A DNA stretch of 48,957 nucleotides from a virus (taxonomy: Duplodnaviria > Caudoviricetes): the IMG/VR virus record IMGVR_UViG_3300043391_000466, positions 1-48,957 of that record; one strand, 5' to 3'. Under the pieces are notes generated by a model. The model did not search any database, was not told where the DNA came from, and saw only the letters and a list, made by a program, of their open reading frames with translations. The first letter of the stretch is position 1; each line of letters opens with the position of its first letter. Below are positions 27,583 through 36,921 of this stretch, one piece after another. The translations under genes were made by a program, and so were the position numbers.

Positions 27583-29226
27583 TTATTCTTCTAAAATGTA
27601 GTAATCTTGAACAAGTATCATTGGAATATTAAAAAGATCTGATGTTGAATTTGATACATTATCTATAACAGTTTCTTGAGTATTACGCTTTGACTGCAAT
27701 GGCATCATATCAGGAATTTTTTGTTCTGGTGTCTCAATTGGCGGAGTAATACTATCAGTTAGAGTAGCAGTTTCTGATTGCTCAGTATATGATGGTTGTT
27801 GCTGTTTATCAATTTGTGAACTTGTTATTGCTGATGGTGATGTAGAACCAACCATTGATCTAGTTGGTTTGATTGTAGTTCTGTTTATGTATGATTGAGA
27901 GTTCTCTGGATTTTTAGATTTTTTTTCACTTTTATTTGGATTCAACCTAGCAAAAGTTTCTTCAATCTTCTGGAATGGTCTTTCAAATAAAATCTTTAAA
28001 ATATTTTGTCCAATCGGTCTTTCAGTAGGGATAATTACTAAAGGTTCCCCCACATCTTTTGTATTAATAATCGTTGGTTTATCAACAATGAAATTAGAAA
28101 GTAGAGTATTTTTTCTAAATGTATCATAGATTATTTTATGCTCATTGAATAATTTTGGTAGTACGATAGCACCAGATGCCTTCTTCATTTCTTGAAGAAT
28201 TGTATTTGCCTGTGCTGCTCTTGTCTGTACTACAGATTGACTTTGATCGGCTGGTATTTCATATTGAGTTAAAATAATTCTAGCAGCATCAGTTATATTA
28301 GTGGTAGATTTTAAATTACTAAGAACACTGGAATACCCAGTCCTAAAATCATCAAGTAAATATGAATAGTTATCACTATCAGTAGCAGCTCTTGCTTGCT
28401 TTCCAGGACCACCACCTAATCTTATAATGAATTTATTCAATCTATCTGTAGGTCCATTATTTCCAGTATTAGTCCATTGAACCCATCCATAACCAACTAA
28501 CATTGTTCCATAATCTGGTGGGGGTCCAGATTCTCTTGAATATCTACCATCTTCAATATCATCAGGTATTCCTTTACCAAAACCTTCAGATAATAAGTTA
28601 CCAACAATACCTGCTGCCTGAAAATCAGTTAACCCAAGATCATTCATCAATTGTTTTGCCAATTGAGCACCCTTTTGTTTCATATTTCCATTAAGCATTA
28701 CAGTTCCAGCAGTAACTGCAGCTGCAGCTGCCCCTGCAGCAAATCCCATATTACTTAAAGCTTTCTTTAATTTTTCAATTTTTTCACTATCAGTCATCTC
28801 AGTTTTAGCATCAATCTCATCATTCTTTTGAGTAAGATCTAATAGTTTTTCCTGAAGTTTATTATGTCTTCTTTCAATCTCCTGTTCTTCAATTTTTAGA
28901 AAACTAATTTTGGTATAATTTTCTCTTCTGATATTATTCAACAGACGCATCATATTGCCAAGTAACCCATCAAACATTCCCAGAAGTTTCTTCCAATCTT
29001 CCATATCATTGTGCTCTACAAGATATTGAATTTCTTGCTTGGGAATGATATAAGATGTTTCTTCACGCTCCTCTAATTTGAGCATATCTAATGAGAATGG
29101 TACAATACCATTAAAAGCACCTCTAGTGTCATACTGTGATTCTCCACCAGGAATCATCGGTGTTAGTGCTTTTATTTTGACTGGTTTCCCATAAGGACCA
29201 ATCATTCTCTGAAGTGGTTTAATCAT
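27583..29226 (-). CDS. tape-measure-like virion protein with phage-tail-lysozyme domain
   Basis: AAGIVGNLLSE...GYGWVQWT...YEIPA...R motif after coiled coil and Ala-rich segment. Confidence 0.75.
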   Translation of the reverse strand: MIKPLQRMIGPYGKPVKIKALTPMIPGGESQYDTRGAFNGIVPFSLDMLKLEEREETSYIIPKQEIQYLVEHNDMEDWKKLLGMFDGLLGNMMRLLNNIRRENYTKISFLKIEEQEIERRHNKLQEKLLDLTQKNDEIDAKTEMTDSEKIEKLKKALSNMGFAAGAAAAAVTAGTVMLNGNMKQKGAQLAKQLMNDLGLTDFQAAGIVGNLLSEGFGKGIPDDIEDGRYSRESGPPPDYGTMLVGYGWVQWTNTGNNGPTDRLNKFIIRLGGGPGKQARAATDSDNYSYLLDDFRTGYSSVLSNLKSTTNITDAARIILTQYEIPADQSQSVVQTRAAQANTILQEMKKASGAIVLPKLFNEHKIIYDTFRKNTLLSNFIVDKPTIINTKDVGEPLVIIPTERPIGQNILKILFERPFQKIEETFARLNPNKSEKKSKNPENSQSYINRTTIKPTRSMVGSTSPSAITSSQIDKQQQPSYTEQSETATLTDSITPPIETPEQKIPDMMPLQSKRNTQETVIDNVSNSTSDLFNIPMILVQDYYILEE

Positions 29227-31226
29227 ACTGTTTCAGAGTAATGAACTCTAATCTGAAGAGGAATAATTTGATTAATATTATCAGTATTTAACTCAAATTG
29301 ATTTTGATCTGCTTTAGCAACTTCCATTTGATTTGATTGATCAATATCATTCAAACTTGCTTTCTTCTGAGGTTTAATAATTGATTTTCCGTCAGGTGAA
29401 GTTGTTAATGCTTTTATAAAATTATCCAACCAACTTCTTTCTTTGGGTTTAGATTTAGGTTTAGGTTTATCATCTTTTTTGGTAGTTATACCAAGTAGTT
29501 TATTCATATTTTTATTTAACTCAACAGCAGCTGCTCTTCTTTTTTCCCAATGTGGTTCTCCTGGTTGTTCATATACATTCATCCAAGTATATGCAGCACT
29601 TACTACATCTTTTGTTGCTAACCATTTTTGTAGTGGACTTGGTTTTTGATGTCCCCCCGCTATATTATCAGCAGCTCTAGAATCAGTAAGTTCAAACTTA
29701 ACAAATTCTAATTGTTTAGTCAAACTTGTAGCGATAGAAGGACCACCAAATTTAAGAGCACTATAATATAATGGACTATCTTGACCGCCCCATCTTTGTG
29801 TTTTTGTCCATTGTGCAATACCATATCCAGGTCCACCACGTTGTTCTGTAGTTGGTATTAATCCAGGTGCTTCAACTTCAAAATTACCTATCGCGCCTGC
29901 AATATGATAATTTTTTGCCATTGGAAATAGTTGCTTTAATTTTTTAGCAGCAATTGAATAATTTGGATTGTTGTAATTAATTACTACAGCGCCAGCAGAA
30001 TATTTTTTATTTGTTTTTCCGAATGATGATGTAATGCCAATATCACCAAATACTTTTTTAGGAGTATAAAATGGATTTAAGCATTTAATTTTTTCCTCCA
30101 TCATTGATTGCATAAACAATGGCATTTGACTTAATGGCACTACAAATTCTGTACCTGCTTCACCAACCATAATCTTTTTATTATTGTCAATACCACCATC
30201 TGCTTGATTATTTTTGACTTTACCATCAAAATCTCCGACTTTAGTGGAAGAAGATTTAATTGTATCTCCTAAAATAACATAACCAAGATATGGAGATGGA
30301 TCTTTGTTTCCATATTCTCGTGTAATAGTATCGTGTGCTTCAATGTGAAAATGAGGACCAGTAGAATTTCCAGTACTTCCTGATTTACCTAATACCTTTC
30401 CAGCATCTAATTCTTGTCCAACCTTTACAGCGACAGATGATAAGTGTCCAAATCTTATCATCTGCTTGATGGCAGGAACCCAAACATCAACTAATAATCC
30501 ATATCCTTGTTTACGATTTTGAGGATTTTCCCATCCAGCAAATACAACCTGAGATTTTGCTTTAACTGCAAACATCGTTCCGTCAGGAACACCAACGTCA
30601 ACTCCTCCGTGTGGTCTTCCCCAACGCCATCCATAACGAGAAGTTATTGGGTATCCACTAACACCACTATCTCCTTTAGGAACTAATTGTCCATCAACTG
30701 GTTGATACTCTACAGTTGGAATTTCATCCTCATTACCACCTCCTCCTCCGCCAGCAGCAAGCGCACCTAATCCTAACGCTAATGCTAACTTATCACCTAC
30801 ATCTTTGAGATCTACTTCCTGCTGTTGCTGCTGGTCTTCTGCCTGCTTAGTTTCTTTTACAATTCGTTTTGCACGATACTGACGAATTTTCTGATCTGAT
30901 TTATCAGTTTCTAATAAAATTTTCTTTTGGACAATAGTTTTTAACTTGAGTGATTTTAATGTATCAATAAAATCTTCAAGTTTATCAATATATCTTAATG
31001 CTTTTTTAAAAAATTTATTTAAAGGATTATTTGTTTTCTTTTCTACTACAACTCTTTTTATATCTTTCTTCGTCAATTCAATCTCAGTGCTTACTGGTTC
31101 CTCTAAACGAGGTATCATATCAAAAGAAACTCTTCTGATAGGTATAATTTTATTAGCGACAGTATAGTATTTTACACTCTTAATTGTCTGTTGATTATTG
31201 ACAATCGGAGTTTTTGCTTGGATCAT
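29223..31226 (-). CDS. tape-measure-like virion protein with M23 peptidase and phage-tail-lysozyme domains
   Basis: HGGVD...TGNSTGPHFHIE (M23); IAGAIGNFEVE...GYGIAQWT...YEQPG (tail lysozyme); ADGG...VGEAGTEFVVP motif. Confidence 0.85.
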   Translation of the reverse strand: MIQAKTPIVNNQQTIKSVKYYTVANKIIPIRRVSFDMIPRLEEPVSTEIELTKKDIKRVVVEKKTNNPLNKFFKKALRYIDKLEDFIDTLKSLKLKTIVQKKILLETDKSDQKIRQYRAKRIVKETKQAEDQQQQQEVDLKDVGDKLALALGLGALAAGGGGGGNEDEIPTVEYQPVDGQLVPKGDSGVSGYPITSRYGWRWGRPHGGVDVGVPDGTMFAVKAKSQVVFAGWENPQNRKQGYGLLVDVWVPAIKQMIRFGHLSSVAVKVGQELDAGKVLGKSGSTGNSTGPHFHIEAHDTITREYGNKDPSPYLGYVILGDTIKSSSTKVGDFDGKVKNNQADGGIDNNKKIMVGEAGTEFVVPLSQMPLFMQSMMEEKIKCLNPFYTPKKVFGDIGITSSFGKTNKKYSAGAVVINYNNPNYSIAAKKLKQLFPMAKNYHIAGAIGNFEVEAPGLIPTTEQRGGPGYGIAQWTKTQRWGGQDSPLYYSALKFGGPSIATSLTKQLEFVKFELTDSRAADNIAGGHQKPSPLQKWLATKDVVSAAYTWMNVYEQPGEPHWEKRRAAAVELNKNMNKLLGITTKKDDKPKPKSKPKERSWLDNFIKALTTSPDGKSIIKPQKKASLNDIDQSNQMEVAKADQNQFELNTDNINQIIPLQIRVHYSETV

Positions 31227-33358
31227 TTATAGACACCAATATCCTTTCTGAAGATACTTGATGGCATATCTTTCACTCCTGGTGGTGGAGCAAGTGTGCT
31301 CATATCTTTCTCTTTATTGGACTTACGACCAGGAATTTTGATATACTCTGGAGGAAGTGGAACTACTGTTGGTGTGTTATTTGTCTTTGAAGTTAAATTA
31401 CCCTGAGTCGTTTCAAGTTTTTGATATGCTGGATTATTTCTAAATGAATTTGGTCCAGATATTTGATCATATTGTGCTGTTGGTTCTGGAAACGCAAGGT
31501 CTAAAATAGGTCCAGCTGCACCCAGCAATTTACCACCAAGTTTTCCTATTTTAAGAACATCCTTTCCCACAGATGCACTACCACTTAGTAATTGATTGCG
31601 AAGTTTATTTGCTAATGGACTTTTGGAATATGTTCCCCCCAATAATTTATCTGCTAATATTTTTCCTTTATCAAATGTTGTTGGTTTAACTGCTGCCTGT
31701 GGTTCTAAGAAATTAATTCTTCTTGCTCCGCCAGGAACAATACTTTTAACTACACCACCTGGAGTTTGTCTACCACCCAAAGATCCTTGTGAACCAGCAT
31801 ATCTCTGAGCACCTTTTGCAGTAGGAGCAGAATATGCTCCTCTACCAAGTATCTGGGGCTTGAAACTACCTAATTTAAACTTATCTCCACCCATAATAGC
31901 ATCAAATCCTGATTTACCCATGCCAGTGAATCCAGCTTGAGCACCCTTGATGCTTAGACCTTTTGGTTTATTAAACATATCAAATACCCCACCATCAGCT
32001 GCGTTGGTCATAACAGTACTGGACATATTTCTAAAATAATTTAAAGAGTCAGTATTATAAAGTTCCAGATCTTTCATACCACCACCAGCAGCGGTTCTTA
32101 CATTTCTTGTAAGTGTAGTTACGGGATCTGGAATAGTAACACCACCATTTGCTTGTGGAGCATTTTCAATATATCCCATTACTGTACTCTGCGGTAAGAA
32201 ATGACTAATTTTTTCTATACCACCTGATGCATATGAAGGAACATATGCTGGTTTCAAGCCAGCTGCTGGTTTTATACTATTAGCAGCGTTCACTCCTTCT
32301 TCTACAAGATTTGTTGCTCCTGCCACCCTTGCTGCATTCATTCCCCCTAATACTTTTGGAAGCTGAGCACCAAACCCGCCGCCGCCAACGACAAGAGAAG
32401 CAGGACTGTTCACAAAATCTTCTATTGGATTAAGAATTGGATTAAGAATTGGATCAAGAAAACTAGTTTTTTGCTTAAAAGCTTTTTGATATGAGGAAAT
32501 TTGTTTACCAGCTTTAGATGCAAATCCCAACGCTCCTTCAGGAAGAAGTTCTCTAACTGGAGGAAAAAATGGAATATTTGGAAATTGCCATCCAGGTGTT
32601 GGTAGTCCAGGTGTTGGTAGTCCAGGTACTGGTGGTTTAACAGGTCCAGGTGCTGGAGCAGGTCCAGGTACAGGTACTGGTTTAGGTACTGGTACTGGTT
32701 TAGGTGCAGGTGCTGGAGCAGTTTGGGGCTTTGTCTGAGTTTGTGTCTGAGTCTGGGTCTGAGTCTGGGTCTGAGTTTGTTTTTGTTTGTTAGTTTGTGG
32801 ATTTTTTTTCGGTAGACCTATAGGTGCCGCTCCAGTTGCTGGTTTATTTTCTGGTAAATTTATACAAACACAATCTTTCTTTTTTTTCTCACCAAAATCA
32901 ATAGTTTTATCTAATAGATATTCTTGAAATGTGTTATTATATAATTCTCTCTTCTTAAGATTAACTTCTTTCTCAGTAATAATTTGAACATTTTGAAGTT
33001 TAATAATGTCCTTCATCAACTTTTCAGTTGACAACATTTTCGCTTCAATTGCTTTTAAATACCCCTGAATAGTGTTATTCTTGATATTAGGGGTTTTGAT
33101 ATTCTCAAGTTTTAATGTAGGTAACTTTGGAGTTGCTACAGGAGTATCATAAAGACCAACAATTTGATCTGGTGTTAAAGGAGGATTTACCGCTCTAACT
33201 TCAATGCCACCAGTTGATGCGTTTGGAGTAAAGTTTTGAGTTGTTGGTTGCGTAGTGGTGCCAGATTGAGTTGCCGCAGGTTGTTGAGCAGCAGGAGTTG
33301 CAGCAGCAGGAGTTGCTGTAGGAGTTGGTTGTTGATTTGGCGAATTATTATTCGGCAT
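31223..33358 (-). CDS. tape-measure-like/baseplate hub-region virion protein, low complexity
   Basis: 711 aa directly after gp51; QT and PV/PT repeats; several AxGG motifs. Confidence 0.65.
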   Translation of the reverse strand: MPNNNSPNQQPTPTATPAAATPAAQQPAATQSGTTTQPTTQNFTPNASTGGIEVRAVNPPLTPDQIVGLYDTPVATPKLPTLKLENIKTPNIKNNTIQGYLKAIEAKMLSTEKLMKDIIKLQNVQIITEKEVNLKKRELYNNTFQEYLLDKTIDFGEKKKKDCVCINLPENKPATGAAPIGLPKKNPQTNKQKQTQTQTQTQTQTQTQTKPQTAPAPAPKPVPVPKPVPVPGPAPAPGPVKPPVPGLPTPGLPTPGWQFPNIPFFPPVRELLPEGALGFASKAGKQISSYQKAFKQKTSFLDPILNPILNPIEDFVNSPASLVVGGGGFGAQLPKVLGGMNAARVAGATNLVEEGVNAANSIKPAAGLKPAYVPSYASGGIEKISHFLPQSTVMGYIENAPQANGGVTIPDPVTTLTRNVRTAAGGGMKDLELYNTDSLNYFRNMSSTVMTNAADGGVFDMFNKPKGLSIKGAQAGFTGMGKSGFDAIMGGDKFKLGSFKPQILGRGAYSAPTAKGAQRYAGSQGSLGGRQTPGGVVKSIVPGGARRINFLEPQAAVKPTTFDKGKILADKLLGGTYSKSPLANKLRNQLLSGSASVGKDVLKIGKLGGKLLGAAGPILDLAFPEPTAQYDQISGPNSFRNNPAYQKLETTQGNLTSKTNNTPTVVPLPPEYIKIPGRKSNKEKDMSTLAPPPGVKDMPSSIFRKDIGVYK
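32590..32780. repeat. coding low-complexity tandem repeats (QT)n, (PKPVPV), (PGLPT)
   Basis: Repeated gtctga/gtctgg 6-mers, a ccaggtgttggtagt 15-mer twice, and an imperfect 18-mer. Confidence 0.85.
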
Positions 33359-33546
33359 TACTGCTGTTGCGCTCTACGTTTGTTTTCTTTTTCAATGAAT
33401 TCTACTAACAAACTCACATAGATGTCACGTTCCCATGGCATCATATTTTCTATCTCAGTCAAAGAATATTTATGATGCTGCATCAGGTTAAAATTAAGAC
33501 GGAAGTAGTTTTCCAGATTGTTCTGAAAAACTGCTATGCGAAAAAA
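33358..33546 (-). CDS. gp51: gp51-like baseplate hub assembly catalyst, probably expressed by -1 frameshift from gp26 (first ATG only at 33483)
   Basis: Manual translation RIAVFQNNLENYFRLNFNLMQHHKYSLTEIENMMPWERDIYVSLLVEFIEKENKRRAQQQ; not in the ORF track. Confidence 0.85.
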   Translation of the reverse strand, partial: FFRIAVFQNNLENYFRLNFNLMQHHKYSLTEIENMMPWERDIYVSLLVEFIEKENKRRAQQQ

Positions 33547-34247
33547 TTTGCTAACCCTTCAATCGTAACGTCACTCTTGACTTCTGTAACAGGATTTGTA
33601 ATCGAAACTGTATGCTTCAATTTAGGCATAGTATTAAAGAAATCTTGAAGTTTCTCATATTGCTTTGGCTCAAGACTTTCAACCCATTCTTCCATCTCTT
33701 TACGAGTAGAATTTGCCGATTCCCAAACCTCTTCTTTATTATAAATTTGATCAATGCAATCTACAGCATATTCAAATGTATTTTCAATGGCGCTTTTACT
33801 ATCAAGATTTTTCTTGTTCATAATATACTTCATCGTGGGATATTTCATCTTGATGAGATATCCATTACCAAGGTCAATAGTATCTGTATGAGCATCACTC
33901 TTTTGAACTTTAATATCATCAATATTAATTTCAACTTCTACTTGAGTTTGATTGTCGTCGGGACAAGTAATAGAAAACTCAAGAACCTCACCAACAGATT
34001 TGGCACGAACATTTAAAAAGATATATTCAATATCAAAAGTAGAAAGTTCTTCTACATCAATTTTTGATTGCACACAATTATTGATAATTTGAACAATGGC
34101 ATCAGTCATCTCTCGTGTGTTCTCTGATTCCATTGCAAGTAAAAGAAGCTTTTCTTCTTTGACTACAAATGGTCTATATTTAATTTTCTTTCCTGAAGAT
34201 GGAATTGTTAATTCATGAAGTGGAACATTAATCTTGGGCAGTGACAT
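33534..34247 (-). CDS. gp26: baseplate hub assembly protein gp26
   Basis: MSLPKI...YRPFVVKEEK, FDIEYIFLNVRAKSVGE, MKYP, FFNTMPKL, EGLANFFA. Confidence 0.92.
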   Translation of the reverse strand: MSLPKINVPLHELTIPSSGKKIKYRPFVVKEEKLLLLAMESENTREMTDAIVQIINNCVQSKIDVEELSTFDIEYIFLNVRAKSVGEVLEFSITCPDDNQTQVEVEINIDDIKVQKSDAHTDTIDLGNGYLIKMKYPTMKYIMNKKNLDSKSAIENTFEYAVDCIDQIYNKEEVWESANSTRKEMEEWVESLEPKQYEKLQDFFNTMPKLKHTVSITNPVTEVKSDVTIEGLANFFA

Positions 34248-34266
34248 ACTCAATTAACCTCTATAA

Positions 34267-34917
34267 TTAATAATAAGTGGAAACGAACTTTTCGTACCTG
34301 AATTGGACTTGCAATTTATTTAGTGTAGATGCACCATACCCTAATGGGATAGTTTGTACACTATATGGATATGCTTTAAACATTTGATATAATGCACTTT
34401 TTCCTCCATTAGGAGCAAACCGAGTTTTATAAAATTTAGTAACTTCAATTGAATTACAAACTATATTATCATAATATTGCAATGTGGTCACATTAGTTCT
34501 TGAAGATCTCTTACTTCTATCTTCATATTTAATTTTTTGACCACCATTTAAATCATATTCTGGGAACATATAATACATCCAGATATCAAAGAATTTAGAT
34601 GGATTTAATTTATTAGTGAGAATGAAACTGAGAGTAAAATCATTATAAAGCCTTGCTTGTGGATATTGAATCAATCTGCCAGTATAAAGACCATCAATTT
34701 CATTCGTTGCGGCATATGAACCAGGCAGAGATGCTTCGTCACACAGAAGCATCATATCACTAATATCACCCAATCCATTATCCGAAAAATTTGTAAGTAA
34801 TTCGGATTGATTTCTTTGGTCAAAAATAAATTTTGCTGAATATTCATTAGAATATGAAGCACCTTTATCGGCATCAAAGATACTTCGTAATTTTGTTATG
34901 GAAGAAATCAATGCCAT
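34267..34917 (-). CDS. tail tube-like protein (gp19/gp54 fold)
   Basis: LLCDEASLPG, FFDIW, AYPYSV, LQVQFRY pattern of tube-fold proteins. Confidence 0.7.
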   Translation of the reverse strand: MALISSITKLRSIFDADKGASYSNEYSAKFIFDQRNQSELLTNFSDNGLGDISDMMLLCDEASLPGSYAATNEIDGLYTGRLIQYPQARLYNDFTLSFILTNKLNPSKFFDIWMYYMFPEYDLNGGQKIKYEDRSKRSSRTNVTTLQYYDNIVCNSIEVTKFYKTRFAPNGGKSALYQMFKAYPYSVQTIPLGYGASTLNKLQVQFRYEKFVSTYY

Positions 34918-34923
34918 TAAATT

Positions 34924-34955
34924 CTAAATAAATGTACGTCTTTTAATATATTTAT
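34924..34955. promoter_or_regulatory. back-to-back late promoters
   Basis: CTAAATA on + (34924-34930) and CATAAATA on - (34948-34955) in a 36-nt divergent gap. Confidence 0.6.
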
Positions 34956-35391
34956 GGCATATTCTGGAAAGTACTTACCAAGCAACTGCAAAAAGTATAA
35001 AGGCAACCCGACCAATATTGTCTATCGTTCTTTATGGGAGCTGAAATTTATGAAATGGTGTGATGGCAACAATAATATTCTTGAGTGGGGCAGTGAAGAA
35101 ATTATAGTACCATATCGTTCGCCAATAGATGGAAAATATCATCGGTATTTTGTTGATTTCTATGTAAAAGTTATTACTCGTACTGGAGATATTAAAAAGT
35201 ACTTGATTGAAATCAAACCTAAAAAACAAACAATAGAACCAGCAGTACAGAAAAGAAAAACTAAAAAATATGTCACTGAAGTTACCACATATGTGGTCAA
35301 TCAAGCAAAATGGGAAGCGGCAAGAGAATGGTGTGCTGACAGAAGATTAGAATTTCTTATTCTTACAGAGGATCACCTAAATGTCAAATAA
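34954..35391 (+). CDS. gp4: head completion nuclease gp4
   Basis: KYKGNPTNIVYRSLWE, WGSEE, HRYFVDF, IEIKP, NQAKWEAA. Confidence 0.93.
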   Translation: MAYSGKYLPSNCKKYKGNPTNIVYRSLWELKFMKWCDGNNNILEWGSEEIIVPYRSPIDGKYHRYFVDFYVKVITRTGDIKKYLIEIKPKKQTIEPAVQKRKTKKYVTEVTTYVVNQAKWEAAREWCADRRLEFLILTEDHLNVK

Positions 35392-35845
35392 AGGTTTTGG
35401 TAAGGATATAAAATCTCCAAAAGGTGGATTGGAGAGACATATTATTAAAGAATCTGGTGGTGCTCCAAAAGGTGTTGAATGGTATCGTAAAGAAGTACTT
35501 GACTATCTTTATAAGAATGTAACTGATCAAGTTCTTCCAGGAACTATGTACTTCTTTGAGTATGATCCGAAACATAAAGACAAGTTACCAAAATATGACA
35601 CATATCCTTTAGTGTATGCCTTTGATAAAGGTAAGAATAATTTTATAGGTCATAATTTACATTATCTTCCCGCTAAAGTCAGACCAATTTTGGCAAAAGC
35701 TATTCTAAATAATACAGCAAGATTCACTGACGAAACAATTCACAAGTACATCTTTAAGAATGCTGATAATTTCTTTTTTGAAGTAAAAAAAGAAGATTGG
35801 GAATTTATCGCAACCCTACCAATAGAGAAATTCATCACTAAATAA
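35381..35845 (+). CDS. gp2: DNA end protector protein gp2
   Basis: PGTMYFFEYDPK.K..LP.YD.YPLV...GHNLHYL. Confidence 0.85.
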   Translation: MSNKGFGKDIKSPKGGLERHIIKESGGAPKGVEWYRKEVLDYLYKNVTDQVLPGTMYFFEYDPKHKDKLPKYDTYPLVYAFDKGKNNFIGHNLHYLPAKVRPILAKAILNNTARFTDETIHKYIFKNADNFFFEVKKEDWEFIATLPIEKFITK

Positions 35846-36919
35846 ATGTCAATAGTAAGATACCCATCAGAATTTCAATCTACTCCAAATACTGATTATA
35901 TTCAGATTGAAAAAATTATAAGAGACTATTCTACATTAAATCAGAAAGGGCAAGATGATATTGCTACATATAATCAATCTGGAGTAAATCAATATAAAGT
36001 TGTTGGTGATCCTAATACATTGATTATGAATATGCCGCAAAAAGTTGGTGAACAAATTTCCCAAAATTGGAGAAATAGTACTTTAGGACCAGAAGGATCA
36101 AATGTGCTTATGGGAAGAACTTCTATTGGTAAAAATCCAGCAGCATTTGGTCTAAGTATAATTAGAAGGATGATTGAAAATAGTTTATTAGAAACTGCAA
36201 CAACTGCACTTGGTAAAGTAGGAGCAAGTAATATTAACGAAAATTCAATTTTATCTGCGACAAGTGGAATTATTTACAACCCAATGATGGAAGTTCTTTA
36301 TGATGGTCCTGAATTTAGAACATTTAATTTTCAATTTGTATTATTTGCCAAATCTGAAAAAGATGCTGCGGCAATCAAAAAAATTGTAAGATTTTTTCAA
36401 AATGCAAGTGTGCCTTCATATACTGGTCAAGTAAACTCAGATGGCCTTGCTGGAGTACTAGCATCATCAAATGTTGTTGACCTGGCAACTCAAGCAGCAG
36501 GAGGTCTCACAGATATTGTTGGTTCTATTCTGGGCGGAAAAGATCCAACGGGAGGAATTTTTAAATTAGGTGGTGGTGCTCTTGGAAATCTTGCAAAATC
36601 TGCCGCTATATTAGGGACTGGAAATGCGTTTTTCGGCGGAGATAACAGATTTATTAAGCAGCCACCTTTTCTAAGAATAACCTATAGAAGGGGAACAAAT
36701 CAACATCCTTACATCCTACCATTAAAACCATGTGCTATTAATAATATGAGTATTGATTATACTCCAACTGGTAATTATACAGTATTGGACAATTTTGGTA
36801 ATGAAACAGTGGCAACTGTTGTTGCTACAAATATAACTTTAGGATTGATTGAAGTGAAAACCATATTTGCTGAAGATTATTATAATAATGGTGTTGCATT
36901 CAATAAAACCGCTTACTAA
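35846..36919 (+). CDS. gp48: baseplate tail tube cap gp48
   Basis: RYP start, NPMMEVLYDGPEFRTFNF, PCAINNMSIDYTP. Confidence 0.85.
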   Translation: MSIVRYPSEFQSTPNTDYIQIEKIIRDYSTLNQKGQDDIATYNQSGVNQYKVVGDPNTLIMNMPQKVGEQISQNWRNSTLGPEGSNVLMGRTSIGKNPAAFGLSIIRRMIENSLLETATTALGKVGASNINENSILSATSGIIYNPMMEVLYDGPEFRTFNFQFVLFAKSEKDAAAIKKIVRFFQNASVPSYTGQVNSDGLAGVLASSNVVDLATQAAGGLTDIVGSILGGKDPTGGIFKLGGGALGNLAKSAAILGTGNAFFGGDNRFIKQPPFLRITYRRGTNQHPYILPLKPCAINNMSIDYTPTGNYTVLDNFGNETVATVVATNITLGLIEVKTIFAEDYYNNGVAFNKTAY

Positions 36920-36921
36920 AA

